DNA of 62,559 nucleotides, the filler included, from Sphacelaria rigidula (taxonomy: Eukaryota), in NCBI GenBank assembly GCA_964200075.2. It is 10 parts of 10 records of this genome, joined end to end, with 100 filler letters (N's around TTAATTAATTAA, not from the genome) between each part and the next. Parts side by side here need not be neighbours in the genome. Positions count along the whole stretch, not along the records: positions 31,332 to 37,497 come from CAXNAA020021803.1; positions 37,598 to 43,763 come from CAXNAA020021804.1; positions 43,864 to 50,029 come from CAXNAA020021805.1; 7 more parts are not named here. The stretch is one strand, 5' to 3'. How positions within the stretch are numbered: position 1 is the first letter of the stretch; each line of letters begins with the position of its first letter. Both the position numbers and the translations under genes were made by a program. Below the pieces are notes generated by a model that searched no databases, was not told where the DNA came from, and worked only from the letters and a program-made list of their open reading frames with translations. Shown piece by piece: positions 35,753 through 48,096 of the stretch.

Positions 35753-38631
35753 CTGCATATTATGCGCTACCTAAGAATTCAGAGCGAAGCAGATGTTCAA
35801 ACAATTTTCGATCGATACCTTTCCGTTCACGTTTTTGCCAACATCTTCGATCGAGTTCATGTGAGCAATATTGTTCTGACTTGGAAAAGTACCACTTCGG
35901 TTGTCGTCTGAGACACAGGGGCAGAATTGTCACAATATCCTGGAGGTGATGTTTGTCCGGTTGCACTGAAAACGTTACTCACCTAATAGTAAAAGTTGTA
36001 GGTGCTGACCTTTCTCTTGTCCAATCTTGTCCAAATCTTGGAGCTGAATGTGAACAGGGGTAGAATCGTTGCACTGTACTATGCTGTGCTATACCTCGTT
36101 AAGCAGTATTTGCGAAAATAACGACGCTATTCAAATAACGTCTAACCTATAAGACCAGCATGTTAAATATCCTGGAAGTGTTGTCTATACAACATGCAGG
36201 TACTGCTGTCGAACCGTTGTGGCGCATCTCTCTCGCTTGTTCACGGTTACGCTTGTGGTAGGGCATATTCTTGAACATTTGTTCGAAGCTTGATCACTAT
36301 CAGTGTTTCTAGAGACGCCGTGTTTGGACTTCAGAATATCGTAAAAAAAAACACTAAGCCGCTCCGACCCCTCGACGTGCATGCTACACGGGCTCCCTCA
36401 CGCAGTACCCCATATCAGGTACATAATCAGGCCTGCGGAGGTGGTAACGGATGGTGTCACGGTAGGAGTGAATCGATAGGCCAAAAGTTGTCCAAGGTTG
36501 CACACTTGGGCCCGGCTGTTTTTTATTGAGGGGTTCCCGAAGTGAAGAGTCTGAGAAATTATTTGTGCATCCCTACCGTGGCAACACTCTAACGAGTCTG
36601 CAGCAGGGGCCGCCGGAGGCCCTCTCCGAAGCCCCCCCGGAGTACGGAGATTTGGAGGATAAGGCGCCACTTTGCATTGGTTTCTCCCCGTTTCTGATGT
36701 GCTGGCGGCCTTCCCAAGATGTGGCTTTTATGCGAGGGACCCCGGAATGCTTGGTGAAGACATGCACGAATCATGCAGTAGTTCGAGGTATTATACTTCT
36801 TTAGGTGCAGCACACAGCTCTCGCACATCCAACTACTTGAGTTGAGAAAATATAAACCAGCCGAAAGCGACTAGTCAGTCGGGTGCAGCCTATGGTGACT
36901 GGCATAAAGCCTGTCATTCACGATAGGCTGCACCGTAGGCTGCTGCTGAATACAGGGAGCATATTGTGCCTTTTTTGCGTTGAAATTCGGATACATTTCA
37001 CGGCCAGACCCCCTGTGCGGTGGGTGATTTGTTCTATACACCTCTACGGCGACGGGCAGTAGCCCAGCAAGCGTGCTGAATCAGCAGCCTCAAGTCTCAA
37101 AACACTCGAGGGCCGCTAAAACCGGGTTCGACGACAAGCTGCCGATCACGAAAAATATTTTGCTGCGCTAGGCGCCAAAAGGGCCCAGAAGATGGCGTGC
37201 CGCCGCAGCATCGCACCTATTTACATCCTTATTAGGTACTTCATAGAAGTGTTGGACATGAACGTGGGGCAAATTATCAGCACGGCTACGGTAAACCAAT
37301 CTCGCATCAAACGTCTGGCTCAACTTCGACTGCGCGCAGGTACAACAAAACCCCCTCAAGTCTTGCTTTTCCATCGTTTTCGGTAACACGACCAATTTCC
37401 CCGTCTCTAGCCCCCCCCCCCCCCCCCCCCCCCCCCCACTCTCTCCCCCCCCCCAACTCTGGCCGTCCCGCGCCCATCGATGCGTCTCGCAACCGTGNNN
37501 NNNNNNNNNNNNNNNNNNNNNNNNNNNNNNNNNNNNNNNNNTTAATTAATTAANNNNNNNNNNNNNNNNNNNNNNNNNNNNNNNNNNNNNNNNNNNNTTA
37601 TTTTTTTATTTAAAAAAATTTAGAATAAAAATAAATTTTCAATTTTTAAAAATATACTTTTTAAATAAAAAAAAAAAAAAAATCGTTGGGATCTCACAGA
37701 CAGCTTTTCTTCATGCCCTGTTGATTGTCCATACCAAATTTCATTTTCCAACTCCAAGAAGATTGCGAATTCGCCTGCAAGGTACAAATCCGCTTGTAGG
37801 CTGGCCCAGCCTGTACTCACCAGATATTTGGAAGATCCGTCTCGGGGAATTTTTGGCCACTTCTTCAACTGCACTACCTGTCCGAGCACGATGAAAAAAA
37901 ACTGGTGCAAGAATACCTTTTCTAACGCCCCCAAGTGCGAAACCGGACTTATTTCTGGAAAATCAAAATCGGACTTATATTCTGGAACAGAGGGAGGATA
38001 TATAGCAATACAGATCTGCATACACGCCCTGCTGGGTGAGCAATTAGTTATAACAATGCAGAATCGGATTGCTATGTGTTGATATCCTACGAATTGCCAA
38101 CCGATCGTCAGGTATCACCAACGTATGATCTGTACATACTTCCGTCTGTATGTGTACATCATGGCCTGCGTGCATCTTCGCGATCTCACTATCGGATTAT
38201 CGTGCATCAAGAGTGTACTCATGTATTTCTTTTGAAATTGCAACGTGTGAGTCAGGGACGCGTGGGCCGTTCACTAGCTGAAACCTGTTCTTACAATGTC
38301 AGAATAGCGATCAGAAGGCGCCTCATGGTCGAACAAGGCAGCCACCGTGAACCTCCCGTACCCAAGTTACGCTACATGAAACGTTTACAACGTCGTACTT
38401 ATCGTTCAGTTGCTCTCAACGCGGTCGAAGTGTGTGACGTTTCATTTTACGTTACACGTCACAATAAACGTTTCGAAACACGTTACTGTTGTGACGCGTT
38501 CTGAAGATGGATTTGGAGAGCCGGGTTGCAGTGACATCTAGTGAGTTATTTTACGAACTCGGGTAAACCTCTTCCCCCTTGTGACTGCCTCTCTCTTGGA
38601 CTGTCTTATCGATATTTCGGCATAAACGCAG

Positions 38632-38737
38632 TGCGGATGAATCTTTCGAAACCGTTTCTGTGGACAAGATCGGGATGTACATCGCCATGGGCCGCCTGCG
38701 GCCGAAGGAGGGCCTCATCACCATGAAAGATCTACAG
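38632..38737 (+). CDS. MRPL15: Mitochondrial ribosomal protein uL15m, internal exon (5' exons lie outside this contig)
   Basis: ADESFETVSVDKIGMYIAMGRLRPKEGLITMKDLQ. CAG/GTGAG boundaries. Confidence 0.85.
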
Positions 38738-40567
38738 GTGAGTTTTATTCACGGGGGCTTGGCCTGGTTGACTTACCACATACATGCATGCGCGCGCGAA
38801 AAATGAATGCGCCTGTGCTTCATGTGCTGGGGGCAATTTCCCTTATTTATAAATGATGGTGATGGTACCTGCTGCAGCTGCGTAAGATCTTACCCATTGG
38901 GAAGTGTCTCCCTATATACATGCGAGATGCGCACACGAATTAGGCTGGCTGGTCGTCTGAACCCTTTTGGGATTGGGCCTCCAGAACGACCAATGAGGCT
39001 GGCGAGGAATGACGTGTTTGGTCTCTGCACGAAAGAGTGGCGTCATGTTGCTGAAAATCCACGCATGTAACCGGAGAGTTGGGAGGAAGACCGAAAGTTT
39101 CATCCAACCTATTTCGAGGTGCAGGCACAAACTGTAGTTCGGGTGTTGTGCGCATCAGGTAATGTAGAGATGTATCAAGCAGTGTGGGTCGCCGTAGAGA
39201 GCTTCCAACAGGATTTGGCGACCAGTGGGCCGCCCGCCACTTGTGGCTCTGGATGATATTATTGTCCCCATCACCTTGCCACAAGGCCACCATTTGTGAT
39301 CGGGGTGGGCCGCGATTCCCCGCTTTGTTGCAAGCGGCAAACTCTCTTCGAAGGTCATGGGCATTGCTGCGCACATACAGTGCAGTACAGTACAGTACGC
39401 CTCTCCGACTGCAGCTGCACCGCCTCAGTACAGGGATACGCAGAACTCACGCCTCTAGCTCCGTCTCTCGTTTCATGACGTTGCTAGATTCCGTCGCCTT
39501 GTGAAGATGACCACATATATAGTAGGGTACGATACGCTTTTCCCGTGTAGCCCCTGAGCACCCTGTGTTTATGTAATAACTACGTTTTACTGTAGGATGG
39601 TGACCCCGAAAACAATCGGGGTAATGGGGGAGGACCCATAAATACAAGTAAATGACAAAAAAATCGGGAGAGAGAGCCCCGACCATCGCAGCTTTCATTT
39701 GCTTTGAAGGATTTTTTGTGGACCAGGGATAGGGTACGCACAAACTCGGCAGTGACATCACTCCCGGCGACAGCCCCTCCCCACTGGTCGTTCGGATGTG
39801 ATCGAAAAATTTCGCCTCGCCGTGATTGGGCAGGTCGCTCCCAAGTTCATTTTATTTTATTGTTTTACTAACACATGGTGGAGCCCTTGTTACTGAAGAT
39901 GAGTCCCAAAAGGATCAAGGGATCAACCCGTCTACCTCTCCCCAGGTGTACACGTGATACGGGTTGGATAATGACTTAACACTTCTCAAATGCATCTACC
40001 CGTAATCGAACCTTCAGTTCTTTCAACCTACTGACATTGGTTATGCCAGTAGCCCACCAGATCACGGTGACGTCTGTGCACGTTGAGAGGTGCGGAGTGA
40101 TCAACCATATGTACAATCCCCCAAGCCTTCCACGGTTGCGCGGGTTCGACAACCCCAGCTATACGTGAACATATAAGGGGTGGTCCAACTGGTATACGTC
40201 TCGGAACGGGGCAGAGGTTTGAAATCCCGGGCAAGTACTTGAATGTTTTTGTTTTTTTCTTATTTGGGAGTACCTGCTTTCCGTCATTAATATCGTGAAG
40301 ACGCGGGAGTATTGGTCATTATCCACTTCGCGATGAAGCAAAAAAAATACCAGGCACGCGTACAGTACCTCCAAAGGATACTACAATCTCGGGGGGTATG
40401 TGCAGTTCCCCTCGCAACTACTACATCACAATTACCACGGACCCATCCCGAGGAAGTGGATATGTTGAAGTTGAAAGTAAGGCGTGACGAAAAAATGTGA
40501 GAGAAGAGAAGGTTTTGGTCCTGGCATCCACACACATCCGTCCACCATTCATGCATCCGTTCCGCAG

Positions 40568-40891
40568 GATTCCGGTGTCGTCCAGGACATCAAGTTCGGG
40601 GTAAGCTTGGTAGCCGGGAAGAAGCCGAACTCTACCCCCAATCACCGGCGCGCGATCCTCGCGGGTCTGGCCGGCCAAGTGGCCGGCCAGGACCTCGTGG
40701 GCGGCAGAGGGGATGCAAGGCGTGCCCGAGCTGCTCTGCCTGGCGCAGCCGCCGCCGGGGAGGGTGTTCGGCCGCTTCCGGCAATCCACGTGGAGGTCAG
40801 TCGTGCCTCGGCGGCCGCAATTGAATACGTGGAGTCCAGCGGCGGAACGGTCACGTGCACACATTTCAACCGCTTGGCGCTACGTGCCCTG
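40568..40891 (+). CDS. MRPL15: uL15m exon with the L15/L18e core
   Basis: DSGVVQDIKFGVSLV...IHVEVSRASAAAIEYVESSGGTVTCTHFNRLALRAL. 324 bp, CAG/GTGAG. Confidence 0.9.
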
Positions 40892-41592
40892 GTGAGTGGG
40901 TGGGTCATTTTTGCGGAGGCAGGGGGGGAGGGGGTGGGGTGTGGGGGGGGGTTACTGCAGTATAGGCACACCCACTTTGAGCAAAATAGCCAAAAATATT
41001 GGACGAAAGAGGTTTTCTGACACGTTAGTGGTGGATGCACGTAACCATGCATGGGGCATGACCCATTACTGCGTGTCTGAATATGGGTATTTTTTCACGT
41101 GACCGTCCCAAATGAGTCACTGTTGTTTCGATGGCGGCAGTGAAAAATGGGGGTATCATGGGAGAAGCTCGGCGGTGTGCACTCCGAACGAGCGCTGGTA
41201 CTGTTGTGGTTGATGACCCCAAAACAAGCAGGGAGTAGAAAAATTCCAGTGGATTGAAAGTTGTTTGGTCTGATGGTGTGCTGCTTCGATTTTATCGTTT
41301 TCGTGTTTTTTTATTCTTCCCCCTCGTCCCCTCCCCCCCCCCCCCCCCCCCCCTGGTATTTGTGGCTGTCTAGGGTCAAACTGTCCGTGGTTGCTTTTCC
41401 ATCACGAGGATTTGCACGCGTCTTGCTTGCCACCTCGTTCAACATATCACGTTTTTGAAACATGACCAACATAATACTTCGCCTTTGAAGTAAAAATGTA
41501 GCAACATCTTTCTACTGCATAAGCTGTCGTGTTTTTCTTTTCTTTTTTCTCCGCTTCTCGATGCCGTTTTTCCTTTCTTCTTCGTGCCACAG

Positions 41593-41697
41593 CTCAAGCC
41601 GCACAAGTTTGAGCAGCTTCCTATGAGAGCGCGACCGCCGCCGAAGCTCATGCCCTACTACCTGGACTATGGCCGTCGGGGGTATCTTTCACCTGAG
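41593..41697 (+). CDS. MRPL15: uL15m exon
   Basis: LKPHKFEQLPMRARPPPKLMPYYLDYGRRGYLSPE, the typical mitochondrial L15 C-terminal extension. 105 bp, CAG/GTGAG. Confidence 0.9.
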
Positions 41698-42011
41698 GTG
41701 AGCACGCGACTTGATTCATAACAGTATGCCTTGTGAAAACAGTCTCCTGTGCGTGCTTTCTCCTTCGGATACCCCTTTTTTTCATTTGGCCACGAAACAA
41801 ATCGCAACTGGCTTTGGGACATCATCTCCGTTCTCCCGCAGACTACCGAGTCTTACGATGAGATTTGATTGTGCATTTTGGTGTTATCCTTCAGCGGCCC
41901 CATGTCTGATGTTATCTTATTTTCCCGTATATTTTTCGTCCTCTTTTGTGTCCATACGTATCTCTCTGTCGTGTGCCCTTGCGTCGGGCCGATCTAAAAT
42001 AAAAAAAACAG

Positions 42012-42101
42012 GTTCAACTGCGCAACCTCCAGCTCTTCGGCGCCCCTACTTCGGAAGCAAGGCCAGAAATGCCGGAAATTAGCACTGCAAACGAGATGTA
42101 G
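42012..42101 (+). CDS. MRPL15: uL15m last exon
   Basis: CAG acceptor, phase 0, VQLRNLQLFGAPTSEARPEMPEISTANEM*. Confidence 0.7.
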   Translation, partial: VQLRNLQLFGAPTSEARPEMPEISTANEM

Positions 42102-42673
42102 TAGAATAGTCAGCGGAGACTTGTTTTGATGATGACGCCCTATCCACGAGAGAGAACTTGGATGATGGGTTGATGGTGAAGACGTAACTCATGAGTCGTG
42201 ACCTTGTAGAGTTACACAACATTTAGGTTCCGAGCGGGGTATGATGACGTATTTCCTCGCGGTCTATTATTGTGATTTGATGTAGCATCGTTGTATGGGT
42301 GGGTGTAACCCTGTAATGTCGCGAACTATGGTACGGAGAACATGCTGGAGTTCAGCGGTGATTACCACTTTGGGCGTAAGAGTAAAAACCAGATCCGGAT
42401 CTTCATGAAGGCTTTTACTTGGCCACTCACTCCACGAGGTTCGCTCGGATGCAGGAGGGAGGTATGTTTGTGCTACAGCGCGCCGCAACGCGTTTTGGAG
42501 CCGCCGATTTGAGCATTAGCAACGCACACGTTGATCGAACGGACTACCGTGGACACCTTTCCCTAGAGGGTTCACGTCCTGTCTCCGTTGGAGTTTGGGT
42601 TACGGTCAACGTTCAAGTTTAGTTGGGTTAGCCCAATGAAGATCCAGATCTGCCCGTTTACGCCCGGGATGAA

Positions 42674-42976
42674 CAATGTTCGCGTGAGATTGAGAGTAGA
42701 GGATGTGATCGAGAGTGAAAAGCGATCAATTAGTGAGTGATTCGTTTCAGTTCCGAAATACTTTCCCACGAGACCCAATATGCCTTCTGTAGTAGCGTGC
42801 CACTGAGGCCCTTGATATCTTGATATCCCTGAGTAGGATATCGATGTGTAGCTGTAAGCACACGCCAGTGATGGAGGCAAAAAAAAGCTCACACGGGATG
42901 AAAAATGGTTGAATCAAAGCGAATGATGAAAGCCACTCTCAATCAGCGCTCTACTCTCATTCTCTCGAAAACGTTG
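42674..42976. mobile_element. ~300-bp MITE with ~45-bp imperfect TIRs. Further ends of this family at 43692-43763 and 50130-50198
   Basis: CAATGTTCGCGTGAGATTGAGAGTAGAG versus the reverse complement of the right end, CAACGTTTTCGAGAGAATGAGAGTAGAG. No clear TSD. Confidence 0.65.
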
Positions 42977-43473
42977 TTGATGATGAACAACCCTCGTTGA
43001 TTTTAGGACACGACATTTTCAGAGCATGATGATTGATTTACCCCTATGTGTTCGACAAAATAAAACTGGGACCTTTGAATTTTGGAAGCGTGCTGAATGT
43101 CTCTGGGCTGGGAATATGTGGCTAGCCGTTGACGCGACGTAGCGCGGACCAATCTTGGGCCATGCCGTATCCATACCGCGTTTTGGAGGGCTGCTGTGCG
43201 TGAAACGTCCTGCTGACCCGCTCGGGAGTCGACTTCATGGTGCACGGTGGTCAGTAGTGCGTGATGTAGTGGGCGCGCTCCTGGCTAGACTTTCTCGTGA
43301 GACACTTCCAAACACACATCGTTCATTTCGTGGGCTTTCCGACTGTTCCGCGAACAGGCACCCACTTCCCTGTCATGAACCAACCCGTCTTCCCCTCGAA
43401 ACCTCTGGATGTCCCTGGACTGTCAGCGGGCAAAACTTTTCCGAGGTGACGCTCGCAGTCAAAGGGTTAAGGG

Positions 43474-43583
43474 TTAACCCCTAGTCCGCGGTGCGGTTAG
43501 TCCATCTGGATCATGCATACTTTTTTCAAGTGAGCGTTAATGCCGATTCAGCTGGTGACCTACCCTCGCGGTCAAAGGGTTGA
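43474..43583. mobile_element. piggyBac-type ~105-bp MITE, same family, next to the AAGGGTTAA end of another element
   Basis: TTAACCCCT...GTCCATCTGGA...TTCAAGTG...ATGCCGATTCA...GACCTACCCTCGCGGTCAAAGGGTTGA. Confidence 0.75.
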
Positions 43584-44303
43584 AGGCATGGGAGAGCTCA
43601 TGAACCGTCTTGCCTGCGTAGCGATGCATCAAGCGGTGCGAGGTTCGCACTGTGGGCTGAGGTCAGTGTCTGGTAATCGATAGATGAAGAACAGTGTTTC
43701 CGTGAGATTGAGAGTAGATGATACGAGTGAGAGTGGCTTTGATCATTCGCTTCAAGTGAGTCANNNNNNNNNNNNNNNNNNNNNNNNNNNNNNNNNNNNN
43801 NNNNNNNTTAATTAATTAANNNNNNNNNNNNNNNNNNNNNNNNNNNNNNNNNNNNNNNNNNNNTTTCTTCATGGGCTATCGGCCGAAACGAACGCACCCG
43901 GCCCAAACATCCCCCCTCCTCCCCCGCTCCCGGAAAAGAGGGGGGGGGGGGATGGAAAAATGGCGAAAAACGCAAAGAATGTGCAAAAACGTTTTTTTGT
44001 TTCCGCTTCATCACTTATAGACAATACCGTCGACTCGTCTGAAAGCATGTCATCATGTTGTCAGCTACGTTTAAAACAAAGACAGGCAACATTCGTGAAA
44101 ATTTGGCCGAAAACGGTACAAATTGGTCGAAAGTGGCCTACATCTGGTCAAATTTGACCCACATTTTCCCCATAATACCAAACCCGAGTTTTTTTCCTCA
44201 CTTTTTCATGAGAATATCCGTGACTGCATCGCTGCAACGAATCCAACTACGGGCTTGGCCAGCCTGGACGCAGATTTGGAGTTTGCAGGTCCATTCGCTT
44301 AGA

Positions 44304-44518
44304 GTTGGACCCTTAAATTTGGCATGGACGATCAATATGGCATAATGAAAATACAATACCCGTGGACCCAAAGATTTGTTTTTTTCATGATTTCACGGCA
44401 TTTTACTCAAACCTAATTTTTTGCCTTCACCTCATGAAAAAAAACTCTTTGGGGAAACGGGTATTTTTGAATTCTATTATGCCCTATTGATTATCCATAC
44501 CAAATTTTCGGGTCCAAC
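44304..44518. repeat. Imperfect inverted repeat (~95-bp arms) inside a probable DNA transposon end. A related sequence lies at 37690-37830
   Basis: GTTGGACCCTTAAATTTGGCATGGACGATCAATATGGCATAAT versus the reverse complement GTTGGACCCGAAAATTTGGTATGGATAATCAATAGGGCATAAT. Confidence 0.8.
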
Positions 44519-45882
44519 CCTAAGTATTCAATTGCGAATGCCCCGTTTAAAAAACGGGTCGGTAGAATTTCGGAGCAGTATTTTGCAGGCAACTTACCGG
44601 CCCACGTTTGGTGTTTGTATACCGTGTTGGACTTGTGTGTGGGACCTCGCTAGGGCATCATGAACAAAAAAGTGGGTCAGGTTGGTATCATTTCATTTTC
44701 ACTGGTTTAGGGCGTTTTAGTGTGGTAACGACCATTTTTTACGAGAACGCCCGAACCTCTCCAAAGAAAAACATTGAAGGCTCATCTTTTTTTTTCCCCA
44801 GTACACCTCTGTGGTTCTGCATGCTAAGTTTCAAATCACAGTTGCAAAAATTGAACCAAAAAGATTAGATCAGGCTCAAGAGCAATGTTCATTTCTCCTC
44901 AAAACTCCCTCAAAAACACGAAAAGAAAAAGGAAAATATGAGAACAGCAGGCTGATTTTCATTTTATTATGCGCTAGCGGTTCCCCGTACAAAATTTTAC
45001 AGCACAACTCTCAAGAACTGAGACGCGATATACATATCCAGATTTAGTTCATCTGGTGCCTCTGCTTGTAATATATTGATTTTAGAATAGGACCTTATTT
45101 GCGCCGTATCTCGAGAAAGATAACGGCTGAATTGACGGGGGGTGTTATCGACCGTTTTTTGTTCAAAGTCATATTCTTTTCTGCTCTTGCACAGTGAAGA
45201 GACAACAATAATATTAATATATGGGTTTGTACAATTGCTCACGAGAGCGGTCGAGATTGGTCAACACCCCCTTCTCCCCCCAAATGCGAGGTCAACGGTC
45301 ATACGGCTACGGCATGCGACATCATAGTACACTCCCCACCCATTAGAAGTAGGAACGGTGCTCCGTCTCGAACGGGATGCGTGGACAACAATCAAACGAC
45401 TGAGGCATGCAACTCTCAGTACCCCCCCTCTCGCACACTTTGCCTGGTTCACCGCATGTGTACATCCCCTGTACCCCCGAGGGTTCTCGATATTCCCTGA
45501 GTTGGGGTTAGGCTGGGGTCAGAACTGCATCCAAAATGTGTCAACCGTGGTGATTTCACGAACTCGGGTAAAGCCCGCTACGAGGCAGGCCAGGTGGTAC
45601 GAAAAGTGAAAGCAAAAAGTCCTACGGTGGAACAGCAGCCTCGTTCTTTCAGCACACTTGAAACTGATTTCGTTTGCTGACGAAATAGCGAAGGGGCAGC
45701 AGGAGTCACAAGTGGTCACACATGATTGGTTGCAGGTCACCTCTTTTACCACCCACCCTCTGGAGAAGCAAGACACGGCAAAGTCAACGAACAGACTCGA
45801 TCAAGCATGGACTCACCAACCACCGGAGTTGGCCTTCCTCCTGTATGACCCCGGCTGATGCCCCCACATACATCGAAAGGTG

Positions 45883-46520
45883 TACGAGCTGGGCCAGCAG
45901 TAAATCCCGCATTTGCATGTCACACCATGGCCATAAGCTATCGAGTTTACCAACTCAGCCCAACTTGAGCATATCGGTGTGAGCTGCAGACCACCAGCAC
46001 CCTGGTAAGGTACGGCACCACCGCTGAATGAAGAAAAGAGGGAAGAAAAAATGTAAATGTACTGCAGCATAATGTACGACCTTACCGACGGAGCAACGAA
46101 AGAAGGAATATCTCAGGATTCGAACTCGCGACCTCCATAGCTGGAGTCTCCCGTATCACTTGGTTTAAACGAGCGCAGCGGTGTTACACAACAAGTGCTA
46201 GCCTGGGCCGAAATCCAGGATTGTCGGGCCAAATTTGCACCAGGATCTCCTACACACAAGTACACACAACAGCACAAGGGATGCCGATGTATTTCTTTAT
46301 TTTCACGGAGTCCTTGCGGAGTCGTAACATTTTCCTAGTGTTTGCAGAAACTTCAAGGCGCTCTGACTTTCTGTTTCGTTTTGGTTTTGTGGCATCCCGC
46401 CTGATGTTGTGCGTATTGATGATAAAAATGGTGCCTCAAATTCCAGCGCCCAATTTCTCGCATCACCCACAGTCAAGCCCGGAAACATTAAGAAATCACT
46501 GTCAGCTGGCCCATCTCGTA
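45883..46520. mobile_element. Same MITE family, copy 3 (complete, 638 bp including the TA duplication), inserted in a SINE tail
   Basis: Ends TACGAGCTGGGCCAGC...GCTGGCCCATCTCGTA (15/16 inverted match). The joined flanks match the uninterrupted SINE at 47745-47840, which has a single TA at 47785-47786. Confidence 0.9.
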
Positions 46521-47411
46521 GACAGGCGTGCAGAATAATAGATGGGACGACAACACACACAACACACACCCTAAGTAATACATGAGAACACCCATGAGGA
46601 GCCCAAAACGGATAGATGGCACGAAAATGTACAGTATGTAGACACCATTGGGGAAGTCGGATTTGGACGGGGGCTGCATGGTGGCGCAGGAGACGAGAAA
46701 CAACCGTCCCCGGGGTTGGTTTGTACCGTGAATTTAGGGGTGGTATCCACCGTTTTGGACTGTGCCGCGCAAATGGCAATGCGTTTCGATTGTGAAAAAG
46801 TGTTCCTGGAAAAAGTGAAAATAATGAAAAAAAAACAGAAGAGTTCGTTACCTGGGGGTTTCATGAACGCACCCCGCCCCTGAACACGATTACACGGGCG
46901 GTATTCGCTGTTTCGGCGTGCTACACACAAGAACGGTCATGCACCTAAATACACGAGCGCATCGATCGAACGTGTCAACAATCAAGTATCTATCCCCGAT
47001 CCCATGTTTCTCTCCACCCGGGCTATCCCCTCCCCAACCACGATGGGGGTGTTATCTACCGTTTTGTCGAGGCACACAAACATTGACATACGAATGGCGA
47101 TGCACCTGAACACGCGGGAGGAATTGTTGGAACGAATGTACCCCATCCTGTTGTTTTATGACCCCTTCCTCGCCCAATTCCTCAACCAGGAATCGAAATC
47201 AACGCATCTCCTCCCCGAACCATCCCAGCGGGAAGGAGGTGTCATCCAACGTTTGAGTCATTTGCAGCCGGACAGCGATGGATCTGACCACGTGACCAGC
47301 AGTACCAAAAGAAAGCCTACAGTCTACTCTATCATACCTTCCGCTTTTTTTTCAAGGGAACTACAGACACCGCGGGGCAAATACTTTTTGATCCCTCCCT
47401 CAAGTACCCTG

Positions 47412-47740
47412 TGCTCCGTCTCGAAAGGGATGCGTGGTCAATGGGCAAACGACTAAGGCAAGCAACAAATGAGTACGCCCCCCCCCCCCCCCCCCCCCCA
47501 CCCTCAAGTACCCTGGACGCGGCGACAATTTTGAAACTGCGATTCCGGGTGGGGGACTTGGACCTGCCAGAAAGGAGGAAGATATATACCAGTAGTCGAG
47601 AGGAGACGAAAGCACAGTGGATGGACAGAACTGCCCCTGTGGCAAAGCATTAAAGAACATTACTCATGTAGTGGCATAATGTGACCTATACAAGGAGGAA
47701 CGGGACGTGCTAGGAGGGGAAATGCGGGACGTAAACGAAG
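47412..47740 (+). mobile_element. LINE 3'-end unit with a poly-C tract, followed by a LINE ORF2 C-terminal fragment
   Basis: TGCTCCGTCTCGAAAGGGATGCGTGGTCAATGG...TGAGTACG(C)n, then LKLRFRVGDLDLPERRKIYTSSR, homologous to 4990-5070. Confidence 0.75.
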
Positions 47741-47744
47741 CGTC

Positions 47745-48096
47745 TGTGTGTGTGTTGTCGTCCCATCTATTCTGAACGCCGGTTTACACCTTTCGGTATA
47801 TGTGGGCGCACCAGCTGGGGTCACACAGGAGGAAGGCCAACACAGGAGTTTTCTTTTGTTTGCTTAGATCTCCACCTTCCTTCCGCGGTGCTTGCTTTTT
47901 ATTCTTTATCGCGAGAGGGGTTTCAGCAGTCCCTTTCACTCGTCGACCATCAAGTCGAATTTTCCGTACCCACGGCACAATCGCTCTCCACTATTGGGCA
48001 TTTTGGGAGAGAAAATCCCAGATAGTTTCGAGATTTGAACCCACGACCCAACCTTCAGAAGGTTTCGAGGTTACCAACTGAGCCACCGGGGCGACC
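47745..48096 (-). mobile_element. tRNA-derived SINE with a (CA)n tail. Tail remnants at 45826-45884/46521-46570 and 51884-51907
   Basis: Minus-strand head GGTCGCCCCGGTGGCTCAGTTGG (A-box) ... GGGTTCAAATCTCG (B-box). Tail ATAGATGGGACGACAACACACACA. Confidence 0.85.

Noticed and set aside
36577..36677. MQSGALSSK... as the first exon of the coiled-coil gene
   Set aside because: The apparent GTAGG donor is part of a MITE TIR, and its phase does not match exon A.
37192..37339. Short plus-strand ORF with a GT donor as the first exon of uL15m, head-to-head with the coiled-coil gene
   Set aside because: It is separated from the uL15m exons by a spacer and has no L15 N-terminal motif (no GRGxGSG or GFEGGQ).
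48020..48096. Functional tRNA gene
   Set aside because: A and B boxes are present, but the acceptor stem does not pair and the sequence continues into a SINE body with a (CA)n tail.
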